The translations under genes were made by a program, and so were the position numbers. From contig MU008160.1 in NCBI GenBank assembly GCA_010909165.1, forward strand, positions 1,612,001 to 1,676,000: a stretch of 64,000 nt of DNA. The letters are read 5' to 3'. Origin of the DNA: Anthoceros angustus (taxonomy: Eukaryota > Plantae > Anthocerotophyta). The notes under the pieces were generated by a model. The model saw nothing but the letters and a program-made list of their open reading frames with translations, made no database searches and was not told the origin of the DNA. The first letter of the stretch is position 1. Each line of letters starts with the position of its first letter. Below, piece by piece: positions 46,458 to 59,313 of this stretch.

Positions 46458-49400
46458 CTAGCATTTTGGGGTAAGAGAGAAGCTCCTCGGATTGATAGTT
46501 AGGCTTTTGGTGCAATTGTCCGTCTTGTAGATGCCGATTAGTCTGTCGGCGAGTTCAAACATATTGTTCCGCAGGCTGCGTGCATTAAACGAGTCGTTTT
46601 AGAAGAGAGTATTGAAGAGTAGGGACATAATTTGGATTTTCGAAAACCGGATGGCGGTTTTACCTGATGATGACAAATTGAGCGTTTTTGGTTCGTTCTT
46701 TGATGTAGTGACCCACGATAGAAACGTTTTTGAAATCTGCAACAGTTTGAATGGGTCACATCTGGCCGAAAAGTAACACGATCGAAAACGGACGAGGGTG
46801 AGCTAGTAAGCAAGGGCCTAACCCAGTGCAGCGTCGATCTCGTCCATCACGTACAGTGGAGTTGGCTTGTAGTGGTGGAGGGCAAACACCAACGCCAGAG
46901 AGCTTAGCGTCTGCAGATACAGAGAGAAGGTTGTGAATACAAGGCTAGCGAGGTAGGGGAAGGTTGAAATGACTTGGGAAAGGAATTGACAGGTTCACCT
47001 TCTCCCCTCCAGATAAGTTGGATATGTTTTTCCAACTTTTCTTGGGAGGCCGAACACTGAAGACAACGCCCTCGGCGAAGGGGTCTAAGGAGTCAACAAG
47101 CTCCAACTCAGCATCTCCTCCCAAAGTGATCATCTGCATGACGGCCCGCATAAGCATCCGAGCCAAGAGACTAACTACTCTGAAGTCAAAAGAGTTGCTA
47201 GTCTTGCTTGGACAGTACCTGATACATCTCCTTCAGCTTCATGGAGATGAGGTTGAAACCAGTCATGAATTCGTCTAACCTGGTCAAACGGGTTGGGAAA
47301 TATGAGAGCTTAACAGACAATGCTCACACTAGCTTCTTCGTTAGATGACATGGCAACCTACGTCGAGATGCTGTGACCCTACATGGGAAAAATGCAGCAG
47401 TGTGTGACACAAGCTCACCTCTGTTTCCGCAAGTCGTCATGGTTCTTTTTTACTTGATCTCTTTCTTGAGTCAGAGCATTCAGCTCCGCAACTCGTTCTC
47501 CATACTGGGCAGCCTTTGATCGAAACCTACAAGAACGACGCCACCCGTCATCCGTGGAGCAAGCCTCAATACAACCATGTCTGATAAAATTCAGGATTAC
47601 CAAGGTCAGGACATACTCAGCAATTGCATTGAGGTTTGGCTTCATTTCCTTCAATTCAGCCTCTAATTTCTTTACAACTTCTGCAGCATTCTTCAACATG
47701 GCTGAATCAAAATTGAAAGTCAAGGCAGCTTCAATCAACTGTGGGTTCACTTCCTCCTCCCGTAATCTGCGAACACACAAGACAGGCTAAGATACTGTGT
47801 CACGTGCACGAGGTCCACTATCATTGTGAAAAGCACTGAGGCACCAAGCACCACACATACTTCTCCACATGCTTGTTCAGATCTTTCTCTGTATCTTCTA
47901 ATTTTTTTTGGAAATGTTTGCCCTTGGAATCCCATTCAAGAGCTAGCTTCTTGTTATCTTCCAGCTTGTACTGTGCATCGACCTGGCAGGATAAACTAGT
48001 TTACAATCAAGAATGGTGTGAATGCATAACCAGCATTTGATAATAACACCATTGACTCACCTCTGCAGACCGTATGCCCTCAATCATTTGTTTTGCCTCC
48101 ACATAATGTTGTTTGATTGCTTCAACTTGCTGGCGTTGCTTTTCCAGAACCTGCAGAGGGTTGAGTACACAGGGATGACTAACCAATCGTCATGAGAATC
48201 TGTTAGGAGTGGTGTCGCAATCTCAGTACCTCCACTAGTTGGTTGTATTTCTCCTGAACATCGAAAGCTCGCTTCTCTATCTCCTTAAATTCAATTGACT
48301 TTGTTTCCTTATTCTCAAAGCATCTAGTCCTTTCGGCTGTTGCTTCTTCTATTCCCTTCTTCAGCTTCTGGATAGTTTTGGTATTCGTGGTGATCTGCAC
48401 CTTCTTCCGGTTGATCTCCGAACCCTTTGAGTCAATGTCCTGTCATGATAGTTCCCATGACTTCTATCAGCATCTACTGAATACGAAAAAGACAAGATGG
48501 ACAGGAGAAATGGACAGCAACTGTGAATAGCACCTTTTGAATTCTTTCAACTAGAGACCTCTGCTTCTTCAGGACATCTCCACCAGCGTCTTCCATCTTC
48601 TGTTGCAGGTCACGAACCTGATGCCCCAAAACAGCAACATGTAGAGATGGTCAAAGAGATTTCAGTTGTTCCATCAGCAGAGATTTCTGTCAATGGTCTG
48701 CACCTTTTCCCTCAGATATTTCGAGTGGTTTTGCAAGTCAGCCTGGTTTGCTTCAGCTTCAGCCAGGGACTTCTCCAGCTCTTTTATCATATCCAGCTCC
48801 TCCTTCTTTGGATTAGCTTCAGCTTTCAGCACTTGCAGTCGGCGTATCAGATCATCTTTCTGGACAGACAAGCCTTCAATCTGCCAGCCTTCAACAGAGT
48901 TAGAATGATTGGGGGAGAAAGATACAGGCCGGCTAGAAACTGAAACATGCTGCCCACGTACTTTCCTGCTCCAGAAACATTTTCCTTCTGATCACACATA
49001 CATTCTTCCTTTCTATACATTGTCAATTCCACGCCCTACGCAGGAGAACCTCTGGAAAAACTTACCTCCATACGACTCTTTTGTATATTGAGTTCCAGTT
49101 GCGAAATGGCCTTCTCTGCAACCTGATATTGCTGCACAGCAGCATTTCTTCGTGAACGTAGGGCTCTGAGCTGGTCTCCTGCAGAGGCTACTTCTCCCTC
49201 CGCGTTTCGAATGGCTTCAGGAGAGACACTCACGGCCCGAATGGATGTACCCATTTTCCCACCTCTGGGCTTGCCCCCACCACCACTCATTGTTCCAGAT
49301 TTCTCGAACATGACACCATCCAGAGTCACAACCCTGCTGAACTCCTTATCTGGGCCGTATGCAATTCTTGTGGCCTGATTGATTACATTATCGAAGGCAT

Positions 49401-52400
49401 GAATCGAGGCTGCCTGACCAGCTCGGAACTGAACAAGGCCATTTGACTATTGAAGACACATTTGCTCAACAGGTACCTGGTCAAGATCTTTGGCAACAAC
49501 AGTGTTGCCAAGGTTGACAAAGAAAGCGAGCTTTATTGCTGCATCACGCACTGTCACCAAGTCAAACAGACGAGGGACTCCTTCTGGCGTCCGAACTGAT
49601 TGATTCATTCTTCGAAGATGGTCCTGTTGTTTTTCCTACAAGGACGAAAACAGCTTCCTGTAAGAAAATAGGCGGAGCAGAGTGCAGAAGAAGGTGCAGT
49701 GCACACGAGAACTTGCCATGATGAAAAAAGTTGCAACTCCTAAACCATTTGAGCGCAACAGTTCCACACATGTCTGTGCTGCTGTGGTCGTTTCGACCAC
49801 AATGTAGTCCAGGGCTCCACATGCTGTGGAGATGGCGACATCATACTTTGCTGCAGGTGGAAATTTTCAGCCATCAATACTCCTAACACCTGTTCACATT
49901 TCTGAGCACAAACACTTCCTGCATTGGATTTGTCTACCAGAAGTAGAGGCCTACCATCGATTGCTCCAAGGTCTCCTAGTCGACCGTAGATTCCAGATAT
50001 AGATCCAGACTCCTTCGCTTGAAGAATGGCTTTGAGCACAGAACCTTGACTGCGCTCAGATTCCATGGTTCCTCGCAGCTCATTGAGTCGTTGACGAGCT
50101 GCTTGCTCAGCAAGCGCCACCGATTCTTCCTCCTTCTGACATACCTGTTCCGACCAGGCCAATCAGGCTCACCGCTTTGCACCACAACTTGCGAAATGCT
50201 AGCACACCCTCATGACAGTCAGTACCTGCTCCTCTGAATGGCCATCTTTAGCAAGAGACTGATTCTCTGTGAGTGCGAGTTTCAGTTTCTCGAAGATCGA
50301 CTCCTTCTCCACGACCTGATTTGCTAAGTCTTCTATAGTCCTCTGGGCATCGACGTATGCAACCCTTCCTGCATCATGCTGGACAAGGCCTCCAGTTTCA
50401 AGCAACCTGGGCAAATCAACCACCCACTGATGCAAAAAAGAATCAAACGATCCTCGTCATGAACTCACCTTGTCCTGCAAAAGCTTCCTCTTGGTAGTGG
50501 TCAAGTCAATAGTGCTTTGACATTCTGCCAGCCGTTTTTCCCAAGGCTCTAATTCTGTTCTCACCCCAGCGAGCTCTTTCCGGTACTGCTCCACTTCGTC
50601 TGCGAAGTCAATTAACAGCTGGTTAGATAGGCGGAAAAGGAGGCCCAGGTGAAGCAGATTCAGTTGGGGGCATGAGAAGCACACCTTTCGAGTTCTCCAC
50701 TAAGCTTTCGAGCTTCTTCTCATCTCCAACCAATTGTTCAGAGAGTTTCGTTATCTCTGTCTCCAGGGTAGGGATTGCGACAGTTGCTTGCTCAATATCC
50801 CTTTCCATTTCGTCAATTTTGGCAGTATCCTGCACATGGCCAAATGTCTCAGAGCGAAACCACTGACCCGCCTTGTTGACATCGGGGGTGCATTCAGGGA
50901 CAGTGGTGACCTTCAAGATTTTCTCATCGAGCTTTTTGGTCTTTTGCTTCATATGCTTGAGGTCTTCTCTATACTTCAAATCTTGTCTCTCAAAGTCCTT
51001 GAACTGTTCAGAGCAACGTTTGACTTCCGTTTCGAGGTCCTGCCGCATGTAAGGCAAAAACAACAAAAATCAACAATCGAGCACATCAAGAGGCTTCTGG
51101 AAAGCTACGAAGCCTGAAACCAAACCTCTTGACACTTGTTCTCTTGTTTATATTTATCCTCCAGCTCCGCCATATCCTTGGAATGCTTTTCTAGCTTCTC
51201 TCTGAAGGGACAATCGTAGGTAAGGACATAGGAAGAGCTGTGCAGGTGTGATCCATGGTTGAAGCAACACATACCTTCCCTCTTTCAGCTGCTCGTCCAT
51301 GCGTGCAACAACGTCATTAAAATGAACTGCCTTGGCCGTTGCATCCTGAAGGGCAAGCTCAACAGCTTTGCCTCGCCACCTCAGCAGCTCGGCCTCTTTG
51401 AGCAAGTATGTCTGAGCTTCATCCTTGGCATCCTGACCAAGACCCTCTCATAATCAGTCATCACTTCGTGTATGAGCAATGCAGGTTCAGTGCCTTTCGC
51501 CCTTTCGATTACGGCCCTACCTGCAAACCGTCCTTCTCCTTTTCAGCTATCTTCACTCGATTCACCATGCTCCCCCGTTTATCGTTTAGCTCCTCTAACC
51601 TGCACGAACAGAACATGAAGCAGCAGACCAAAGGGCATATCACGATGGCACTCAAGGGAAGGAGAAAAGCTCACATTTTGCTGGCTTCTTCAATCTTCTG
51701 CACATACTGATTCGAGCCAATGATGTCTTCCAGGTATTCGAGAAATCCTTCATCATGAGGGGTTTGGGCTTTAGGCTTCATCAACGAAATTTGTTCAACT
51801 TCGCCCTGTACAACAATCAACAGAGAATCCAAAGCTGGAGAGCTGGACATGCAAAAAGGAAAGAGCTACTACCATGCGATATGAACGATTCCAGCTATTC
51901 TGATCGACCATTGAAATCGAGGTACCAAGATTGTCACCTGAAGAATAAGGAATCGATTGTTGTCCAAGTCTACACCTTTTGCCCTCAGTTTCTTAGTAAC
52001 CTCTGTAAACGTACTCGAACGATCGTTTATGAAATACTGCGAGGAGTTGTTCCGAAAAGCAACCCGGGTGATCACGAAATCTGTCCCAGGGACAGGTGCA
52101 TAGGATTCATCGTCCTGCCAACCATGATCGGCACACTGCTTAATCCATCGCACGTATCTGTCCCTGAGGCAATTCTGGACCAGAAAGCCTGACTTCAACA
52201 ACTGAACCTGCAACAGGCTTTACCAAATCGACGATCTCCTGAAAATGCACTGAGACACGGGCTTTCTCCAAATTCTGGTGATTTGTGGAGTTGTGAATGA
52301 GCTCTGAGACCTTGTTCAGCCGCATCTGTGAAGCCCCGCACCACAGACCGCACTCTCAGTGTCACCACAGGCGCCGTACATTCTCAACAGAAGCAAACGC

Positions 52401-52728
52401 AGCTACCTGCTTAGCGCGCTTGCCGAACACGAACAGCATGGCATCGATGACGTTGCTCTTGCCACTCCCGTTTGGCCCCACAACCGCAGAGAAGCACTGG
52501 CCATGGAGTGCGAGAAGCGAGCCGATCAGAACCACATCAAATGAGCAATGCCTCGGGAGGGTGGAGTGTAGGTTGAGCACACACCTTGTGGAAGGGGCCT
52601 ACATGCTGCACACCGGCATACGACTTAAAGTTCTCCATCACCATCTCGGTTATGAAGAGCCTGCCCTTGATCCCCGCGTCTGCTTTTTCCCCATCCTCGA
52701 CCGGATGCTTCTCCTGCTCCCGCCCCAT
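46458..52728 (-). CDS. SMC4: Condensin subunit SMC4 (CAP-C), many exons
   Basis: [17 protein letters not shown], Walker [37 protein letters not shown], hinge [31 protein letters not shown], signature [24 protein letters not shown]. Stop at 46458. Confidence 0.96.
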
Positions 52729-53315
52729 CCGCGCTCTCCTCACAGCACCTGCAAGTGATCCAGCATTTGCAGTCCAAGAGCGAATCCGGCAGCCCCGCCG
52801 GCGAGACTCGCAGGTGCTGGAGGAGAAATTGGCGGGAAGCTTCAAACCCGCTTCGTACGTTGAATTTAGGTAGTGCATGAGGCTTTTTTGCATGAAGTCA
52901 CGCATCAGACATTTCATATTTGACACCCGACGAGCTCTCCTGGCAACGCTCTTGCAAAAAAAGGATCTCGATACCTACATAGCTCGAGAAAAAACAAGAG
53001 GTGCGCTCAAAATCCCTGCAAAATAATGGAATGCGGCAACATTGTGCAAAAATGGTCCTCCCTTTAAGGTGTGTGACATGTAGACATGATTGCATTGGAA
53101 CTCCCCATGTAAGCTTGGGGAGGACGGAAGAATGCTCTGATGGGATGCCATTCATTCCAGCAAAAAAACATAAGTTAAGCATCCTTGGGACCAAATACCG
53201 CTCGGATGGGATGCCACTCATCCCCAAACAAAAAATATTATGCCTTTGCCTCCACAATGTGCGGGGCCACCAGCTTCGTCTTCTCAGCGTGTAGGGTTAC
53301 TCCAGATCAAAAATC

Positions 53316-56300
53316 AGGCATGATGATCTATCATCTTGAGCAATGTAATTGACAACTCCATGAGCAGCATAGATCTATGTTGCTCATGGAGTTGCTTTGA
53401 CAGTCCCTTAGTGAGCAGGTCTGCCACATTCTGAGTTGTAGGCACATATTGCAGCTGTATTATCTTCTGCTCCATTGCTTGTCGAATATAATGAAATTGG
53501 ATTTCGATGTGTTTGCTGCGAGCATGTAAGATGGGGTTTGCTGATAGGGCAATAGTAGATTGATTGTCGCATTGTAAGATTGTTGCTTCGGTCTGCTTAA
53601 CATGTATCCCATCAAAGAATTGTCTAATCCACGTGATCTCCCTGGCTGCAAGTGACAAGGAGATATATTCTGCCTCTGTTGAGGACAGACTGATGGTGGA
53701 TAGCTTTTTACTCTGCCAACTGATGGCTGATCCGCATAAGAGCATACAATAGGCTGCTATAGACTTCCTGCTATCAACGTCACCCGCCTAGTCAGCATCA
53801 GAATAACAGGTGAGAGTAAAATCACTTGTCTTGGTATACTTCAAACATAAATGTCTGGTTCCCTTTAGATATCGTAATATTCTCTTGACCACTACCCAAT
53901 GGCGCTTTCCAGGATTGGAGAGATAACGAGATACTATACCAGTGGCTTGAGATATATCTGGTCTGGTCCAGCCTGCCAGGTAGAGGAGGCTTCCTACAAC
54001 CTCACGGTAAGGGATTGCTACCATTTCTACTGAGCCATCAGGGTTAAGCTTGAGCTTGAAAACCCACTTTGAAGTGATGGCTTTTCTATCTGCTGATAAC
54101 TTGACCAATTTCCAAGTTTTGTTGTCAACTAGTGATTGGTATTCGCTATCTATAGCCTTCTGCCACTCTGAGCTTTGTAGAGAACTAAGTGCCTCTTTGT
54201 ATGTGAGTGGTGTGTCAAGAGGCTCCATGACAGTGAGGGCTACGTGTTTAGACATCTGGGCTAGACTTATACGCACATTGTCAGATGCACTAGGACCTGA
54301 TTGTGAGATAAGCGTCTCACTTGAAGTGTAAGGAGGCTCTAACCATCTGCTAGGGCGACGAATTCGAGTTGACCTACGCAATGGGATCTGATCTACTAAA
54401 AGTACGAGCTCTGCTTCTAAATGATGTGCTGGTGGTTCAGGCATATCTGCTGAAGGCATATCTTCATGTGGTTGTTGTGCAGGCTCATGATCAACAGGTT
54501 CATGTTCAGCAGGTTCATGTTCAGGAAGTACTGGTTCGTCAGGTGCTGGATCTGGTTGTTGAAGTAAAATGTCCAGTGGTGGTACTGGCTCTACAATATC
54601 TGAATCAGGATCAGAATCATAGATTGTGTGCAGAAAAACTAGGTCAGGTTCTAAGGCTGCGTGTGTGTCATTGAAATGTTCAGGTGGTGTGTGTCCATAA
54701 ACTAAGGCAGTGGATAAGGGAGCATGGCTGCTGCTGGATTGAAGATGGGACTCCAAAATGAAAACCTCATTGAAACTTATGCTTTTGGCTATGGTGAGCT
54801 CCCGGGTAAGTGGGTTGAATAATTTATAACCCTTTATTGTATCAGAATATCCAACGAACACATGCTTTGTAGCTCTATGATCCATCTTGTGCCGCTTGTC
54901 TGAAGGCACATACGCATAAGCCACAGCTCCAAAGGTACGTAAATGACTAATGCGTGGTTTGTTGCCGGACCAGCGCTGATAAGGGGTTGTATCATAGAGA
55001 GGCTTCAAAGGCAGCCGATTAGCAATGTAATTGACAGCATCCATTGCTTCGGCCCAATAACCTCTGGTAAGTCCTGCTAGTTGCAAAGTTGCTCTGGTCC
55101 TTTCTTGTAAGGTACGATTGTAGCGTTATGCATAAGGATTCTAAGGAGGATGGTGAGGCACAGTTAATTGATGTACAATGCCTTTCTGTTTGCAGAAGTC
55201 GGTGAATTCTGCGCTGAGATATCACTTAGCATTATCACTACGAAACCGCTTTATCACATGGCCTGTTTGTGCCTCTGCCATTGCAGTGTACTCTTGGAAC
55301 TTGGTGAAAACTTGCTGTTTGCTTTTCAGGAAATAAAGATGATAGTAGTGGCTCCATTCGTCCAAGAAGGAGAGAAAATATATGGCCCCACCAAAGGAAT
55401 AGGTTGACATAGGACCACATACGTCTGAATGATGACCTCTAGCAGGGAGGATGCACGTGTAGGGGAAGGATCATTATATGGTTTCTGTGTAAGTTTGCCT
55501 ACTTGACAGCTCTCGCAGAAAAGTGAAGGATTGGGTTTAAAGGTAAGACCATCCTTGTATAAATCTGAATGTTGAATTATACGCTGGAGATAGGCTAGGC
55601 TAGGGTGACACAACCTACAGTGCCAGAGGAAAGATATACTAACTGCTGGATGTGCATCTGCAACATTTGACTGTTTTGTGGTCTTCTGATTGTCACCAAT
55701 GGTGATGTGCAGGTGATACAAATCATGGTAGGGGTAACCACACGCTAGAACAAGTGATGGCTATGAGATAGGTGAAACTATACATGAAACAGGAGTGAAA
55801 GTCATCTGCAAGCTATGATCACAAGTTAGTTTATGCGCGGACAACAGATTTTTTGTCATACTTGGCACATGTAAGACACCCTTGAGCATGATGTACTGTA
55901 CATGATTTAGTAGTAGCTTGATTTCACCAGTCCCTTGAATGGATAGACCGTTGTCGTCTCCCAGTAATACGAACTGATTTGTTGTTGATTGATGATAGGT
56001 ATAATACATCTCCCTGGAGTGACAGATATGATTAGTGGCGCCGGTATCAAGAAACCACATGTTAGTATCTGCTTTTGTTAGGGATAGACACACTGCTAAA
56101 ATTGCTGGTGCCTTTGTATTGTTGGGGGCTGGTCTAACAGCTACATTTGTCTCTAGTGCAGGTCGCCTGGGCTCTCCTGCAGCTTTCTTACGGCATTCAT
56201 TCTCATAATGCCCGGGGATGCGACACCAATTGCAGGGACCTTTAACCCTATGTGGTGCTCCATTGCTGGATGTTGCAGCATTGCTGGGTGTTGCAGAGTA

Positions 56301-58014
56301 TAGTCTTCTGCTCCCAAAATTAGGTGTGAAACCTCGACCTCGACCTCGTCCTCTTCCTCGAGAGGTAAAAAGCACATGTTGCTGTTGAGGTGATGATGAG
56401 GATCTTGCAGAGCCTATTATGCTTGACTCCTCTTCAAGGGCAGCACCAAAAATCGCTGAGAGCGTAATGGAGGCTCCCTGACCTGGTTGTCGCAATATAG
56501 CTAGATGAGATGTGACAAAAGGCCTGTAACTTGGAGGTAATGAATTTAGAAATACTGTAGCTGATCTTGATTCTGTTAGGATATCTCCAGAAGTTGCAAG
56601 TCTGGCACGTAGAGTGCGGAATCGATGCACATGGTGCTCGATTGTCTCATTTTCCTTCATACGAAGGTTATACAATAGTCGTGTAGTATTCAGGAGGGAT
56701 TGAGGATCTTTGGCAGAAAACATTTTGTGGAATATCTTCCAAACATCATGTGAGGTTTCTTGTCCAGATGTGTGCTGCATCATATTTTTATCCAGTGCCG
56801 ATAGTAAGATGCTTCTTGCTTTCTTATCCTTCTTAACCCAGGCTGAGACCACATTAGATGCTGGAGTTCCTGGTGCGGCTTGAGTGGCTTGAGGTTTAGC
56901 CACACTGCCGTCCACGATGTCCATAAGTTCATGTTCTTCGAAGATGGCCTTCATACGCATCTCCCATATAGAAAAGTCGGACCCATTGAAGCGGTCACGA
57001 TCTCTGAATTCAAGTTTTGCCATAGTTGTGGTTTTTCTATCACTAAGAGAGTGTGTGTGGTGTGTGCAGACAAGACATTACCTATGAAGGACTGCAGGGT
57101 ATCACCTACAGTATGGTGTGAGTGTCGTAAAAAAGTGAAGCAATGCCAGAGAGTGCAGATTCAACTGGCTCTTGAACAACTAATTTGTAAGAATCAAGGT
57201 CAGCTGGTTCGGGGGAAGGCTCATAGGCCATTTCTACTTTCTTATATGAACCAGCAAGCATATCACAGACAAAAGAAACTACAGGGTCTCTAGTGGAATA
57301 TGTGGGAAGGTCTCTTTGATTTTGTGCTAGGGTTAGCTGTGCCACTTTCTTCTCAAGTGACCAAGTTGTTTACGCAAAGCGATGATCTCTAGCTTTGTCT
57401 TGCGTTGTTGTTCATAGGTATTTTCTTCTAAGACTTGTATTTTATACAGGACAGGTGCAGGTCGATTTTTGATTGAACATTGGTCAGGTCTCGTCTTCTG
57501 TTGTGGTCTTTGGTTGTGGTAAGAGTGTTGTGTCTGACCGGGAATGCAGGCGTGAAGGATCGCAGGTATCACCTACAGTATGGTGTGAGTGTCGTAAAAA
57601 AGTGAAGCAATGCCAGAGAGTGCAGATTCAACTGGCTCTTGAACAACTAATTTGTAAGAATCAAGGTCAGCTGGTTCGGGGGAAGGCTCATAGGCCATTT
57701 CTACTTTCTTATATGAACCAGCAAGCATATCACAGACAAAAGAAACTACAGGGTCTCTAGTGGAATATGTGGGAAGGTCTCTTTGATTTTGTGCTAGGGT
57801 TAGCTGTGCCACTTTCTTCTCAAGCTGACCAAGTTGTTTACGCAAAGCGATGATCTCTAGCTTTGTCTTGCGTTGTTGTTCATAGGTATTTTCTTCTAAG
57901 ACTTGTATTTTATACTGATGCGGTGTCGATTTTGATTGAACATTGGTCAGGTCTCGTCTTCTGTTGTGGTCTTTGGTTGTGGTAAGAGTGTTGTGTCTCA
58001 CGACCGTGAATGCG
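53316..58014 (-). mobile_element. Defective Ty1/copia LTR retrotransposon (gag-PR-GAGpre-IN-deleted RT-RH)
   Basis: Gag ORF 55761-57023 with zinc knuckle CNWCRIPGHYENEC and protease WFLDTGATNH. Also LWHCRLCH, integrase (IKRFRSDNA, YWAEAM), RT start (WQKAIDSEYQSL..KWVFKLK) fused to IPYREVVGSLLYL, and RNase H (STEAEY..CDNQS..KHIEIQFH). Internal stops and frameshifts are present. Confidence 0.93.
57085..58014 (-). repeat. Two tandem LTR-like units (57085-57548 and 57553-58014) separated by 4 bp
   Basis: Both start TGAAGG on +. Copy 1 ends ATGCA and copy 2 ends ATGCG, with spacer GGCG. Long identical stretches; CAAT and TATAAAA on the minus strand. Confidence 0.8.
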
Positions 58015-59313
58015 AAATCGGAGGTGAGCTGGGGCAACTAGGGTGTGAGCTGTAACACCCAAAAAAGCAATGTGATGTTTTGGGAATGTCACGTCTGCAA
58101 GGTCTGTTGCTCCTGTTCCTTGCCATTTCTACCTACGTGTAAGTGTGTATTGCAGAGTTGTGAAGTGGAGGATGCAGATCTGAACCGTTTTCTTGTCTGC
58201 AAATGCTGCAGGTCAGAAGAACGAAAATCTGTGGACAGATCTGTGAGGAGTGGAAAATCCTCCATTCCAGAAAATTCTGGTGTAGCGTATGTAGATTCTA
58301 TGAAATAGATTTAGTGCACTGCAGTGTTTGCATGTCTGAGGTTGTTGTGCAGGTGGGGGCACGTGAGTGGGAACCATGAAATCCATCCATCGCAATTGGA
58401 TGCATGGCGTGGTTCTCACCTGCGCGGACCTACCAGTGCAATCATCTTAGACATGGATAAAGTGCTCTCATACCATAAAGAGCGTCCGCACAAACACGAG
58501 ACCGGACGAGGAGAGGCAAGGTGCTCACAAGCGAATGTTCAATTTAAGATCAAGAAAGATGTTCATGTCCAAAAGAAGTTGTAACTGCTTCTAGAATGCC
58601 CCGTTTCATAACTCGATTATAAGTTAGGGCTGCTTATATGGAGAACGATTCATCTCTTAACAGAAGTGAAAAGCGATATGAAAAAGTGACACCAGATTTA
58701 ATCCCAAGAACGATCATACCTATTTTCTAGATTTGACCCTGAGAACGATTCAACACATATTTTCAAGATTTAATCGTAAGAACGATCATACCTATTAGAG
58801 AAATATAGATCAAGAAGAAGAAGTCTATTATAGTCCACATGCATGAAATAGACTTCTATTATGGAAGAAGAAGAAGAATTCTATCATAGTTCGCTTGGAC
58901 GAAATTTCTATTATGGGACTTGGTATTTAATACCTTGTTGTATTAAAGTGGACTAAATTTCCATCATGGCGCTTGGTATTGAACAACTTGTACCATGGTG
59001 TGCCTAAGTAGCGATCTAAGGGCACGATGCTTAACAGCGGCGTTCTTCAAGTTAGGGGTGTCCATTTGGCCAAAGCTATTTGGAAACACATTTTACGGTG
59101 GCTTTCCGGTTTTCGATTTCATTTGGCTTTCTGGTTTTCGATTTCTCCCCGGCGCTGTGGCCATCCATAAAATCCATAAACGAGTTCTAGAAACGAGGTT
59201 TAAGTGCGGTGTGGTGAAAACCAAGTTTCTCGTCAATAACGAGAGTACGACTATAGATGGTCTAAGTGGCGCACGGGAGTGACATCCTTGAAGGTTTTGC
59301 GCGGAAGGTCGCG

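Noticed and set aside
57060-57084. Possible primer-binding site (minus strand TAGGTAATG) after the LTR-like unit
   Set aside because: It only loosely resembles half-tRNA-Met (AGGTTATG) or TGGTATCA PBS types, which is too weak to call.
58600-58950. Short repeated AAGAACGATCATACCTATT motifs upstream of RBBP5
   Set aside because: There are only two or three degenerate copies with no TIR or TSD, which is insufficient to call an element or regulatory site.
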